From positions 1 through 51,123 of the IMG/VR virus record IMGVR_UViG_3300023218_000251: DNA of 51,123 bases, one strand, 5' to 3'. This DNA comes from a virus. Its lineage: Duplodnaviria; Caudoviricetes. Each line of letters opens with the position of its first letter. The first letter of the stretch is position 1. A program made the translations under genes and the position numbers. The notes beneath the pieces are model-generated. The model saw nothing but the letters and a program-made list of their open reading frames with translations. It was not told the origin of the DNA and made no database searches. This document shows positions 35,906-44,989 of the stretch, piece by piece.

Positions 35906-36196
35906 TCACCCTTCACGCCGCAACGGCCTCATCTGCCGCAGCAGCCTCCGCGTCGCCCGGCTCACCGGTACGTCCTCCGCCCGTACGCCACCCCCCGTCG
36001 CCCGTTCGATGGCCAACGCCAGCTCGGGACTCGCGGTGCGCAGGGCTCTACGTGGACCCGTGCGGGTCGAACCACGCAGGAGCCGGTGGATCGTCGCGGG
36101 ATTGGTCCGCGCGCCGCGCGGCAGGTGATGGCGGGCCTCGCGGGCGAGATCCGCGGCGGTCCAGCCCTCGCGGGCGAGGTAGGTCTCAATGCGCAC
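35906..36196 (-). CDS. Cro/YdaS-like HTH regulator
   Basis: 'IETYLAREGWTAADLAR...ATIHRLLRG...SPELALAIERATGGGVRAEDV'. Confidence 0.8.
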   Translation of the reverse strand: MRIETYLAREGWTAADLAREARHHLPRGARTNPATIHRLLRGSTRTGPRRALRTASPELALAIERATGGGVRAEDVPVSRATRRLLRQMRPLRREG

Positions 36197-36203
36197 GCCG
36201 GGC

Positions 36204-36232
36204 AGTATGCCTGGAGGCACGGCGGGAGGCAA
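36204..36232 (-). promoter_or_regulatory. Leftward early promoter TTGCCT-17-CATACT (likely leaderless)
   Basis: -10 ends 7 nt before the GTG of the Cro-like gene; no SD. Confidence 0.6.
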
Positions 36233-36295
36233 GAGGCCGGCCGGGAGACGCCAAAGGTGCCAGATTGCAAGGCTTTCGCGGTCGCCGGATTCCGC

Positions 36296-36324
36296 TTGCG
36301 TCGTGGCCTGCCGTATGGCACGAT
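36296..36324 (+). promoter_or_regulatory. Rightward early promoter TTGCGT-17-CACGAT
   Basis: Motif match in the divergent intergenic region. Confidence 0.45.
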
Positions 36325-36480
36325 CAGTCGCGTCGGTCGGAGGGACCGGCTGACATCGAAAACTGGAGAAATTGGGAAGGACAAAGGGGGGACGCCCGGG
36401 GCCGGGTCCAGAGAACCTCTCCAGCCCACGCGACCGACGGCCCCGGGCGACTTCGCCACTTCCACTCTGAAAGGACTCCG

Positions 36481-36834
36481 ATGCTCCAAGTCCACCGCAT
36501 AGGCCACGCCGACGGCTACCGTGCTGCCATCGAGGAGCTGCGGAGCATGGCTCGAGCCGCCGCCAACTGCGCGTTGGTCGAAGACGACCCGCACCAGCGT
36601 CGTCTCTACGTCGACTCCGGCGAGCACTACCGGCGCTCCGCCGACTGGCTGCAGACAAAGCTCGAGCAGGCGCTGCGCATCTCGCGCGAGGTGCACGAGG
36701 AGGACGCCGGCGCGTCAACGGCCGACCCGCTCCCCCCAGAGTTCGGGTCCGACGAGCTGCGAGAGGCTGGCCGCTGGGAGTGGCTGCACGACGAGCGGGT
36801 GCGGCTGGGGATGACGGAGGGCGAGGACGTATGA
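36481..36834 (+). CDS. Hypothetical protein
   Basis: AAAGGA SD; first gene of the rightward operon. Confidence 0.7.
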   Translation: MLQVHRIGHADGYRAAIEELRSMARAAANCALVEDDPHQRRLYVDSGEHYRRSADWLQTKLEQALRISREVHEEDAGASTADPLPPEFGSDELREAGRWEWLHDERVRLGMTEGEDV

Positions 36835-37193
36835 GCGACCGAGCGCGATCGACGGCTATTTCCTACCTCGGAGAGACGCCGCAGGGTTACAGGGTTTTCC
36901 GCGTAGAGTCCGACACGCCCGTCTGGATCGCCGGCTGCCGCGGTCCGTGGACGCGCGCACGCTGTGAGGCCCATTGGGGGTCGGCTGTCTATTCGGATCG
37001 GATCCGAGGCGCGAAGATTCTTGCAATGCTCGACACTGCCGGATCAGACGCGCGGACCGACGCCGATGCCGGCGTGCGCCAGAAGGCCGTGCGGGCCGAC
37101 GGGCAGGCCGGTCGAGACCTCGCGTGGGCGAGGACCGACGCCGATGCCGGCGTGCGCCAGGAGGCCGCGCTTGTGGACTGGCAGGCCGGTTGA
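36831..37193 (+). CDS. Hypothetical protein with a duplicated HEAT-like C-terminal repeat
   Basis: ATGA coupling; RTDADAGVRQ(K/E)A occurs twice. Confidence 0.6.
   Translation: MSDRARSTAISYLGETPQGYRVFRVESDTPVWIAGCRGPWTRARCEAHWGSAVYSDRIRGAKILAMLDTAGSDARTDADAGVRQKAVRADGQAGRDLAWARTDADAGVRQEAALVDWQAG
37054..37193 (+). repeat. Imperfect 62-bp direct repeat, 78-bp period
   Basis: ggaccgacgccgatgccggcgtgcgccag at 37054 and 37132. Confidence 0.85.
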
Positions 37194-37426
37194 TGCCGCT
37201 GGTCGAGGCGCGCTGTGCGTGGTGTGGCCGGCGGTATGGGCACGTGCTCGTCGAGGGGTCAACAGGAATGTGTCCTGCCTGTCTCCACCGCCTCTATCCG
37301 GACGAGGCGGACGACGAGCCCGAGGCCTGGCCGCGCGCCGTTGGCTGGAGCGTCGCCTTGATTCTCGGCGCGTGTGGCTGGTATTTCATGGCGCACATCG
37401 CGCTCTGGGCGTGGAGGGCGTGGTGA
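37193..37426 (+). CDS. Zn-finger membrane protein
   Basis: CAWC...CPAC plus a C-terminal hydrophobic helix; TGATG coupling. Confidence 0.65.
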   Translation: MPLVEARCAWCGRRYGHVLVEGSTGMCPACLHRLYPDEADDEPEAWPRAVGWSVALILGACGWYFMAHIALWAWRAW

Positions 37427-37595
37427 TCGACGTCTCAGACGAGGCCGTGGCCAGATTGGAAGACCCGCTCGCCCCCCGACCCGCTGGACGACGGCTGCCC
37501 GTGGTGTGGCGAGCCGTTGACCTCGACCATTCCCGCCCGCTGCCCGAGGCCGGACGCGCACCGGGCGCGGATGGTGGAGCTGGGGTTGATCGACG

Positions 37596-38255
37596 ATGAG
37601 TACCCCCGCCGTGCAGACCATGCGCAGAATCCTGCGCGAGGCGCGTCTGCGCGAGAGTCGGGTATCGCTCCAAACCGCGCGGCCCTGCGCCGACGGCTGG
37701 ATCATGGCGACCGACGGCGTCATGGCCGTTTGGTCGCGAGAGTTCCCGGATCCTGGCGAGCCTTGGACCGGCCCAGATCTTTTCGCACGAGCACAGCCGC
37801 TCACCTGGACCCACCAGATTGAGACGTGCGCCTTGAAGCGCTGGGCGGGACCTCCGTTCTGGAGTTTCAAAGTGACCTGCGATTGCGCCGACGAGAAGCG
37901 CCGATGCACCACGTGTGACGGGCGTGGTGCTTGCCCTACTTGTGACCAGCTATGCCCGGACTGCGACGGCCCTTGCCCTCGATGCCACGGCGAAAGAAAG
38001 TACGTGGTGAAACGGCCGATTCGAGAGGCGCGCTTGGGTGACAACTTTGTCGACCGAAACCTCATATCGCGTGCCGTGTCCGCATTCTCACACCGGCTCG
38101 TGAAGCTGAGATTCGCCGGAGACGGTAGCTGCATGATTTGGCTGACCGATGGCACTGCAATCGCGTGCGTTATGGGTCTGTCGCATGTGACACACCCAGT
38201 CGTTGGTCCGCCAAGAAATCTGGTGGAGCTCGACCGGGTGGAGGATTCACCATGA
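37596..38255 (+). CDS. Cys-rich (DnaJ-type CxxCxGxG) Zn-finger protein
   Basis: CTTCDGRG, CPTC, CPDCDG, CPRCHGE; 'IMATDG' motif. Confidence 0.75.
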   Translation: MSTPAVQTMRRILREARLRESRVSLQTARPCADGWIMATDGVMAVWSREFPDPGEPWTGPDLFARAQPLTWTHQIETCALKRWAGPPFWSFKVTCDCADEKRRCTTCDGRGACPTCDQLCPDCDGPCPRCHGERKYVVKRPIREARLGDNFVDRNLISRAVSAFSHRLVKLRFAGDGSCMIWLTDGTAIACVMGLSHVTHPVVGPPRNLVELDRVEDSP

Positions 38256-38599
38256 AGGTCGAGGACGGCTATTGCGAGACGCCGGTGCTCTCGCTTTACC
38301 CGGCGCCGTCGTGGTGGCACGAGGCTGAATTCGGGCCGTATGTCTGGTCGTCAGGAAGGAAAAGCGACGACGGCTGCGTCATTCCGTGGATCTGCACCAA
38401 GGGGGTCGACACATACTACAACGTGCCACCTACCGCGAAGATCGTGCTCTGCGTCAGCAAAAAGCCCGTGGCGAATGCAACTCGCAGTGTTTGTCCAAAG
38501 ATACTGTCTCCTGCTTTGACCGATCTCTATGATGCCGTCGGCATCTTGCCGATCGATTCCGTCTGGTGGTGGGTCGAGATCGTGGAGGACACCGAATGA
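38252..38599 (+). CDS. Hypothetical protein
   Basis: GGAGG SD; ATGA coupling. Confidence 0.7.
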   Translation: MKVEDGYCETPVLSLYPAPSWWHEAEFGPYVWSSGRKSDDGCVIPWICTKGVDTYYNVPPTAKIVLCVSKKPVANATRSVCPKILSPALTDLYDAVGILPIDSVWWWVEIVEDTE

Positions 38600-38763
38600 C
38601 GCTCCGCACCGAGCGCCAGACCTGGGACGACCGCGAGGTTCTGAGGGCCGAGAACGCGGCGCTCCGCGAGCGGGTGGCGGAGCTCGAAGCGTTGCTCGAC
38701 CGATACCGGGTGGCGCGGCGGGACGAGGTGCCGCTGCGCCGGGTGGACGACGACGCAAGCTAG
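38596..38763 (+). CDS. Small coiled-coil protein
   Basis: GGAGG SD; 'LRAENAALRERVAELEALL'. Confidence 0.65.
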   Translation: MTLRTERQTWDDREVLRAENAALRERVAELEALLDRYRVARRDEVPLRRVDDDAS

Positions 38764-38811
38764 CGCGGCGAAAGGTCCGTCGCGGCCTTCCTCGGCGCTC
38801 TCCGGGGTGCC

Positions 38812-38847
38812 GTCGCAAAGCCAGTGCGGGGGCTTCGTACTCGCAAC
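38812..38847 (+). CRISPR. Solitary CRISPR repeat (33/36 identical to the array repeat) followed by a short spacer-like segment and hairpin
   Basis: GTCGCAAAGCCAGTGCGGGGGCTTCGTACTCGCAAC; AAGCC/GGCTT stem intact; intergenic. Confidence 0.9.
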
Positions 38848-38894
38848 GGAAGAGAGCTTGCCGGGGCGGCCCGGCAACGAAACGGAGGTCCGTG

Positions 38895-39764
38895 GTGATT
38901 ATTGACGAGCCTGGTGTCTATCGGATGCCGGCGACCGAATATCACGCAGACCCGGCTCCTACGCCGAGTCTCTCGGCGGGCATTGCGAATCGCTTTGTGA
39001 ACGAGTCGCCGCTCCATGCCTGGTGGAGCCACCGGAGGCTCAATCCGGACTTTCACGAACAGGAGAGCAACCGGCTGTCACTCGGCACCCTATGCCACAC
39101 CCTGCTCTTGGGCGAGGGGCGCGACGTGGCGGTGTTCGACGGGAGCAACTGGCAGAAGAAGGAAGCCCGCGAGTTCCGGGCGGCGGCTCTGGCCGAGGGC
39201 AAGACTCCGGTCACGACGCCGCAGTACGAACGCTGCATGTCGGTGGTCGAGGCCGCGCGCAGCCAGCTCGCCGGCCTTTGCGACGGATGCGAGCCCGAGC
39301 AGGTATGGCTGGCCCATGAAGGGCCGGCTCTATGGGTGAGGTGCATGACCGACTGGTACGATGCCCAACAGAAGATTGTCTACGACTACAAGACGACCGC
39401 GGTCAGCGCTGAGCCTTTCGGGGCTGTCCCACGCCAAGTGGCGAATCTCGACTACGACTTCAAGCAGGCATTCTACGAGCGGGTGATGACCCGCGTCCAT
39501 CCCAGCCTCGACGGCCGGCTTCGTTTTCGTTTTATCTTCCAGGAGATTGATGCGCCCTACGCTCTGTCGATTGTCGAACTGGACGAGGCGAGCATCGAGG
39601 TTTCTCGCCGCCGCGTCGCCCAGGCTGTCAGGGACTGGGGACAGTGTATCCGTCGCGATCAGTGGCCCGGCTATCCGCTTGGCCCTCACCGCGTGCAGCT
39701 TCCCGAGTGGAGGCTTCGCACGCTGCTCAACGACGAGCTGGGAGGAGACGACGATGCCCTCTGA
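38895..39764 (+). CDS. RecE/exonuclease VIII-like PD-(D/E)xK nuclease (DUF3799)
   Basis: 'EYHADP...SLSAG', 'LGTLCHTLLL', 'RCMTDW...YDYKTT', 'YDFKQAFY', 'WPGYP'. Confidence 0.88.
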   Translation: MIIDEPGVYRMPATEYHADPAPTPSLSAGIANRFVNESPLHAWWSHRRLNPDFHEQESNRLSLGTLCHTLLLGEGRDVAVFDGSNWQKKEAREFRAAALAEGKTPVTTPQYERCMSVVEAARSQLAGLCDGCEPEQVWLAHEGPALWVRCMTDWYDAQQKIVYDYKTTAVSAEPFGAVPRQVANLDYDFKQAFYERVMTRVHPSLDGRLRFRFIFQEIDAPYALSIVELDEASIEVSRRRVAQAVRDWGQCIRRDQWPGYPLGPHRVQLPEWRLRTLLNDELGGDDDAL

Positions 39765-40752
39765 TAAGCCTCGGCGATTCGAGATGGTGCCGGGCAAGCG
39801 CGAGCAGGTCCCGGTCCTGGTCGGCCTGTGCGGCCCCAGCGGCTCGGGCAAGACGTTCTCGGCGCTCCGCGTGGCTGAAGGCATCCGCCAGGTGACGGGG
39901 GGCGACATCGCCGTGATCGACACGGAAGCCCGGCGCGCCCTCCACTACGCCGAGATGTTTACGTTCCACTACATCGGGTTTGAGCCGCCGCATGGGTCGC
40001 TCGACTACCTAGCGGCGATTCGGTCTGCCGCCGAGCAAGGAGCGCGGGTAATCGTCGTCGACTCTATGAGCCACGAGCACGAGGGCGAAGGCGGGCTTCT
40101 GGAGCTTCACGAGAGCGAAGTCACGCGGCTTGCGGGCAACGACTTCCGCAAGCGGGAAGCCGTCAAGATGCTTGCGTGGTCGTTGCCCAAGCAGAATCGG
40201 CGCCGCCTCATCAACGGCATTCTCCAGGTAAAGGCCCACTTCGTCTTCTGCTTCCGTGCCAAGAGCACGTCGAGGCCCGTAAAACGCGAGGGCAAGACGG
40301 TGGTCGAACAGATGGGCTTCGTTCCGATCACGGGCGAGGAGTTACCCTTCGAGATGACGCTGAACGCCATCCTCCCGCCGGGCTCCGGCGGCGTCCCCGA
40401 CTGGAGCCCGCAGTATCCGGGCGAGCGGATGATGGTCAAGCTACCCGCGCAGTTTCGCGACCTTCTCAGGAAACGCGATGCGCCACTGGACGAAGAGGTC
40501 GGCCGCCAACTGGCGGAATGGGCGAAGGGAAGCGACGCGGGCGCGGACGCCGGTCCAGCCCCAACCCGTTCGCGCAGCGGGTACGACGAGCCGCTTGGCT
40601 TCGGACCGTTCGCGGAGACCACGTGGCGTCAGCTCGTCGAAGGCGCGGAAGGCGAAGCCGGCCATCACTATCTGCGTTCGCTGGCCGAAGGTGCCGATGG
40701 AGACGAAGCGACACGTTTGCGCGCTGCCAAGTGCGTCGAGAAGCTAGGCTAG
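39754..40752 (+). CDS. Sak4-like AAA ATPase / recombinase
   Basis: Walker A 'GPSGSGKT', 'VIDTE', 'IVVDSMSHEHEGEGG'; paired with the exonuclease. Confidence 0.88.
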   Translation: MPSDKPRRFEMVPGKREQVPVLVGLCGPSGSGKTFSALRVAEGIRQVTGGDIAVIDTEARRALHYAEMFTFHYIGFEPPHGSLDYLAAIRSAAEQGARVIVVDSMSHEHEGEGGLLELHESEVTRLAGNDFRKREAVKMLAWSLPKQNRRRLINGILQVKAHFVFCFRAKSTSRPVKREGKTVVEQMGFVPITGEELPFEMTLNAILPPGSGGVPDWSPQYPGERMMVKLPAQFRDLLRKRDAPLDEEVGRQLAEWAKGSDAGADAGPAPTRSRSGYDEPLGFGPFAETTWRQLVEGAEGEAGHHYLRSLAEGADGDEATRLRAAKCVEKLG

Positions 40753-40787
40753 CGGCGGCTCATCCATCGTTCCCCAAGGAGACCACC

Positions 40788-41084
40788 ATGCCCGAGATCC
40801 CCGAGCAATGGCGCGACCACTTTCCCGTTCCGACCTGGCAGGGGGGCAGCGCAGAGGCGATTCGGTCCTGGCGCCCCTACGTCCGCAGTCATCCGCTTGC
40901 CCCGCGCGTGCTTGCCGTCGCCAACACCCGGATCGAGGGCGCGTGGTGTGCCTACATCGCGGCGGTGCCCGGCAACGATTACCGGGCGGAGGTGGTCGAG
41001 GTGCTCAACCACGGCACGAAGCTCCTGCCCGAGATTGCCCGGGCCATGTTTCCGGAGCTGGCCGAGGTGCCGTATGCGCTCTAG
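40788..41084 (+). CDS. Hypothetical protein
   Basis: AAGGAG SD; 98 aa. Confidence 0.7.
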   Translation: MPEIPEQWRDHFPVPTWQGGSAEAIRSWRPYVRSHPLAPRVLAVANTRIEGAWCAYIAAVPGNDYRAEVVEVLNHGTKLLPEIARAMFPELAEVPYAL

Positions 41085-41120
41085 ATCGTTGTCCTCAATC
41101 ACACCAAAAAGGAGCCACCA

Positions 41121-41462
41121 ATGACGACTAGAATTTCGACCGGCCTCAAGCTCTCCGAAGCCATCTGAAAAGGCTGCGAGATGGTGCCGGAGTGCAGGGG
41201 GCGATATGTCTTGTTCGATTGCGATTCGCAAGGTCGCGAGGTTCCGACGCATAGTTGTGCGATCGGAGCTGCCATCATGGCAGTTACAGGCACAGACGCG
41301 GCGGCCGTAAGGACCGGCCTGCATAAAGCCACTCCGAGAGAATGGTTCGACGCCATCGAAGCAATGCAGGATTATTTTGGCTTCGGACCCATCATGGCCA
41401 CTGACGACTTCGGCTGGAGCCGCGAGCGGATCGCCGACGCGCTCGACGAGCTTGGCTACTAG
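41121..41462 (+). pseudogene. Phage 'KLSEAIR'-type protein with an in-frame TGA at codon 16
   Basis: AAGGAG SD + ATG 41121: MTTRISTGLKLSEAI*KGCEMVPE..., TGA at 41166-41168, and the frame continues to 41462. Confidence 0.65.
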
Positions 41463-41471
41463 GAGGCCGCA

Positions 41472-41750
41472 ATGCCCATCTTCACCGACCACGACCTCGA
41501 GACCATCAAGCCCAGCGAGCTGCTCCGGAAGGCGCACGAGGCCTACCCGGAGATCCGTTGCGATTGGGTTGTTGGGTACAAATCGCGCTGGCACAACTAC
41601 GGCTCTTGCTGTCCGGCTATGCTGATCGCCCATGCAGCAGGTCGGGTGATGTATTCACACATCCCCTACGGCGGAAATATCTCGCGGGCCACCCATGGCT
41701 GTGAGACCTTCCCCGAGGCCATCGAAGTCCTCAGGCGAGAGGGCCTCTAG
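41472..41750 (+). CDS. Hypothetical protein (distant paralog of the preceding gene)
   Basis: AGGAGG SD; 'KPSELLRKA...SCC...AIEVLRREGL'. Confidence 0.7.
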   Translation: MPIFTDHDLETIKPSELLRKAHEAYPEIRCDWVVGYKSRWHNYGSCCPAMLIAHAAGRVMYSHIPYGGNISRATHGCETFPEAIEVLRREGL

Positions 41751-41751
41751 C

Positions 41752-41946
41752 ATGAGCAAGTCCAGCTATCGCCGAAGACAGGAGCGGCGTGCCTTGGACT
41801 CCGAGGTCCGCCGGCGTAGACGTGAGCGTGAATGGGAGCGCGCAGAGCGCGAGCGGCAAGAACGGGAGCGCCGCCAGCGTGAGTACCGCGAGTTCTGGGA
41901 GGCGGCGCAGCGGGGAGGGGGACGCGTGCGGAGGTTTTGGCGATGA
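41752..41946 (+). CDS. Arg/Glu-rich small protein
   Basis: In-operon ORF; ATGA coupling to the next gene. Confidence 0.55.
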   Translation: MSKSSYRRRQERRALDSEVRRRRREREWERAERERQERERRQREYREFWEAAQRGGGRVRRFWR

Positions 41947-42368
41947 GCAAGATCGACTTGGCAGAGCTGCGGCGGCTCGAGGCGAAGATCGGCAGTGGAC
42001 GATGGGTCTACCGGGAAGGGAGCTATGACTGCGAGGAACACGCGGTTGGCGAATGCCCGGACGATTGCCCTTACGTCTATCCCGTGGACTGTCCTGGGGT
42101 TGATAGCCCTTCGGGCGAGCCATTTTCGCAAGAAGTGGATGACGGCTACGCGCTGAGTGAAGAGAGCGCCGCCTTCATCGCCGCCGCCCGCAATGCCCTT
42201 CCCGCATTGGTGGAGATCGCGGAGGCGGCCTATGAGGTATGCCGCTCGATCCCCGCCGACTTCGAGGGCCCGGGAGCAGATCGGCACGCCGACGCACTCA
42301 ACCGCCTCCGGGCCATTCTCCGCGAGGCCGACCTGGACCCGGACGAGCGGTCAACTACCCCGCACTAA
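41943..42368 (+). CDS. Ead/Ea22-like protein
   Basis: 'IDLAELRRL...GRW...AAFIAAARNALPALVE'. Confidence 0.75.
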   Translation: MSKIDLAELRRLEAKIGSGRWVYREGSYDCEEHAVGECPDDCPYVYPVDCPGVDSPSGEPFSQEVDDGYALSEESAAFIAAARNALPALVEIAEAAYEVCRSIPADFEGPGADRHADALNRLRAILREADLDPDERSTTPH

Positions 42369-42415
42369 AGTGTGGGGTAAGGGGCTGGAAGCAGCGAGGA
42401 AGGAACAAGGCTGCG

Positions 42416-42895
42416 ATGGCCGATGATCGGAAGCTCGACGGGGAGCAGGGCCTGGAGGCCGTGACGCTGGAAGAGCGGGTGCTCGACGAGCCGGAGTGGG
42501 CGGCGCGGGAGATCGTGTGGCTGAGAGCGGAGCGCGATGCAATCCAGCGAGAGATGCACGACCTACAAGCAGCCTGCATCGCCAAGAACGACCAGATCGG
42601 CAGCCTGACAGAGGATCTGGCTGGCTCACGCGAAGAGCTCGCCGACCTTAAGCGCTGGGACGAGAGCTTCCACGAGCGCAAGCGGCAGCTTCTGTGGGCG
42701 GAGGCGAGAGGGTTCCGTCGAGCTTTGCGCCACTGCTCCCAACGAGCAAAAGACGCCCGAGCGTCGCAGCGCCTGTGGACAGGGCTTAGTGTGGTGACCG
42801 AGAAGGCCGGGCTCATTGCCGATACATACGAGGAAGTGCAGTGGTGGTGCGAGGCGGAGGCAGACCGCCTGGAGCGAGGTGAAGATCCAGCATGA
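42416..42895 (+). CDS. Coiled-coil hypothetical protein
   Basis: 159 aa with a heptad pattern. Confidence 0.65.
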   Translation: MADDRKLDGEQGLEAVTLEERVLDEPEWAAREIVWLRAERDAIQREMHDLQAACIAKNDQIGSLTEDLAGSREELADLKRWDESFHERKRQLLWAEARGFRRALRHCSQRAKDARASQRLWTGLSVVTEKAGLIADTYEEVQWWCEAEADRLERGEDPA

Positions 42896-43092
42896 TCCAC
42901 CGCTGCACAGGTTGTCGCCGATGTTTTTGGGGACGGCAAGTCGTCACCCTTCTTGGCGGTCGTCCACGTCACTGGCACGCGTGGTGCTTTGTCGCGGCGG
43001 GTCCCCACCTCGTCGAAGAAGCGCTCGGCCACCTCGGATCAGCCGCTGCTCCGCCGTTGCCACAAGCCGCGCGAGATCGGCGTCGCCGGTAG
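42892..43092 (+). CDS. Small Cys/His hypothetical protein
   Basis: ATGA coupling; CTGC...HAWC. Confidence 0.5.
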   Translation: MIHRCTGCRRCFWGRQVVTLLGGRPRHWHAWCFVAAGPHLVEEALGHLGSAAAPPLPQAARDRRRR

Positions 43093-43137
43093 CCCACATG
43101 GGCCCCACGTCTGCCGGGAGGTCCATGGCGAGCCTCG

Positions 43138-43641
43138 TCAGGCCAGCTCCGGGCTCCCCTGCCACGCTCGCCGCCCAAACAGCCGCAGTGCCCGATGCCC
43201 GGCCGCAATCTGGGCGCTCCGTCGGTTGCGGTCGACGCGCCGCTTGACCCCCTCCCACATGGACGCCGGCGGATACTCCCGCCATCGCATCTCCTGCTCC
43301 GCCCAGGCGCCTTGCCGCCAGAGATCGTCCGCCTGCTCGCGCGACACCTCGAGCCACGCGAAGCTCTGGCCGCCGTCGGTCGAGACCTGGAGGCGGCCGG
43401 TGCGGTAGGCCGCGTCGTGGACCGCGCCAGCACCGAGCACCAGGTCCCACCGCGGCATGACACCGCGGGCGAGACCGGGGATCGACGAGCCGTCGGTGCG
43501 CGAGCCGGGCTCCACGCGCCAGGTGCGGCCGTCGCGGGCAAGCAGGTGGAGGGGCGAACGGAGTTGCAGCTCGCCATCGAGGAGCTGGCGGGCGTCGATC
43601 CGGGAGAGCCAGCGGGGCCCATGGAGGTCAGTCTCGGACAT
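43138..43641 (-). CDS. DUF1353-family protein
   Basis: 'VEPGSRTDGSSIP...AGAVHDAAY...SREQADDLW'; GAGGAG SD. Confidence 0.85.
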   Translation of the reverse strand: MSETDLHGPRWLSRIDARQLLDGELQLRSPLHLLARDGRTWRVEPGSRTDGSSIPGLARGVMPRWDLVLGAGAVHDAAYRTGRLQVSTDGGQSFAWLEVSREQADDLWRQGAWAEQEMRWREYPPASMWEGVKRRVDRNRRSAQIAAGHRALRLFGRRAWQGSPELA

Positions 43642-44327
43642 GGTAGAGTCTCCTCGGGTGGAGCTGCGCTGGTCGGCGACGGCCAGCGGGCGCCAGGGGT
43701 CCCGGGACGCCGCTAGGGGTACCTACTACGACAGCTCCACTCGCCGGCCCCGGTCGCCCAGGCGGTGGCCGGGGCCTTCGCTATCGTAGTCTCCCGCCGA
43801 TTCGGGCCTCGCGGCCACCCACTCGCAGGCGGCCATCCCGCAGCCGGCGGCGGCGGCGGCGTGGTAGGGAGGAGCCGCTGCTGTAGGCGGCACGGGACCC
43901 GGCCTGGCCCACCGGGATCCCGCAACGGGCCACTCCCCCGAGGGGTCTCCACCCGCCGACCTCCTAGAATCGCCTCAGGCGGGCGTTCTCGCCCAGGCCG
44001 GGCCCTAGCGCCGGGGCGGCCCCGAAGTCGGGCGAGAGCCCAGCGGAGGGGGCGTCCTGGGGGCACGAGAGGGGTGAGGGGCTCAAGATCGGCGGGGTTT
44101 GTGGCGGTTGCGCCGGCGTCTCGCGCCCATCTCGGCGTGCGACCGACGGCAGTAGACGGGGCGGCCCTGAGACGACGGCCGCTCTAGGCGGGAGGCGTCC
44201 TCCAGCTCGACGCACACCACGATCGGGACTCCGCACCAGCCACATGGACGCCGGGAGACGCGAACACGCTCGTAAGTCTCCGTTTTCTCAGCAGAAACCG
44301 AATCTCGAAAAAAGTTGTTCCCAGGGG

Positions 44328-44355
44328 TTGACTCGCGTTGCATGGTAGGTACAAT
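44328..44355 (+). promoter_or_regulatory. Strong sigma70-type promoter TTGACT-16-TACAAT
   Basis: Near-consensus hexamers with an A/T-rich upstream tract; precedes a small-gene operon. Confidence 0.7.
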
Positions 44356-44382
44356 ATCACCATGGACAAAGGAGGCGAGAGG

Positions 44383-44535
44383 ATGGCCTGTCACTGCATC
44401 ATCGCCCACCCCGAGAGCCCCGAGGAGCGCGAGCACGTCGTGGAGGCCCTGCATCGGGCCCGAGAGCTGGGCGACGAGCCCGCAGTCGTCCTGGCGATGG
44501 CCCAGCTCACGGGGAGCTGCCCTCCCCGGGACTGA
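44383..44535 (+). CDS. Small hypothetical protein
   Basis: AAGGAGG SD; MACHCIIAHPES... Confidence 0.65.
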   Translation: MACHCIIAHPESPEEREHVVEALHRARELGDEPAVVLAMAQLTGSCPPRD

Positions 44536-44582
44536 CGAGGCAGGGCAGCCGGCGCGAGCCGGACCACAAAACGAGGCAGACT

Positions 44583-44948
44583 ATGCCCTATTACCTTGAT
44601 CCAGCCCGGGAACCGCGCGATTGTCCTAGGGACATCAATCACCCTTGCAGCCGTGCAGGCAAGCCATCTGCGTGCGAGGAGTGTGACCTACATTCGATAG
44701 GAGCACCCCCCGAGATCACGGTCTATGTCGCGTCCGTCGCATATTGCCACGAGAACGGATGTGCGCCTGCACCGGGTCACGGGACCCCGGGAGACTGTCC
44801 GGAGTGCGGGTGTCGGAGGAGCTGGCGCGGCTGGCCGCCGGAAAAGGCCTACTGGTACAGCATCCGCATCGACGACGAAAGCCTTACGGATGCCCGCGGC
44901 CCTTACCGTACCGAAGCTGCCGCCTTGACTGCTGCACGCGGACTCTAG
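44583..44948 (+). CDS. Cys-rich hypothetical protein
   Basis: 121 aa; C-terminal 'GPYRTEAAALTAAR' motif. Confidence 0.7.
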   Translation: MPYYLDPAREPRDCPRDINHPCSRAGKPSACEECDLHSIGAPPEITVYVASVAYCHENGCAPAPGHGTPGDCPECGCRRSWRGWPPEKAYWYSIRIDDESLTDARGPYRTEAAALTAARGL

Positions 44949-44989
44949 TGGTAGTGTGCTGGCGCGAGCCGGCCAGGGAGGAGACGGCG

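Noticed and set aside
36225-36250. Possible target of the solitary-repeat guide in the cro promoter
   Set aside because: Needs gaps and several mismatches in the first 12 nt; not convincing.
37054-37193. DGR template/variable repeat or mini-CRISPR
   Set aside because: No reverse transcriptase, differences are not adenine-specific, and the 78-bp period is an in-frame protein repeat.
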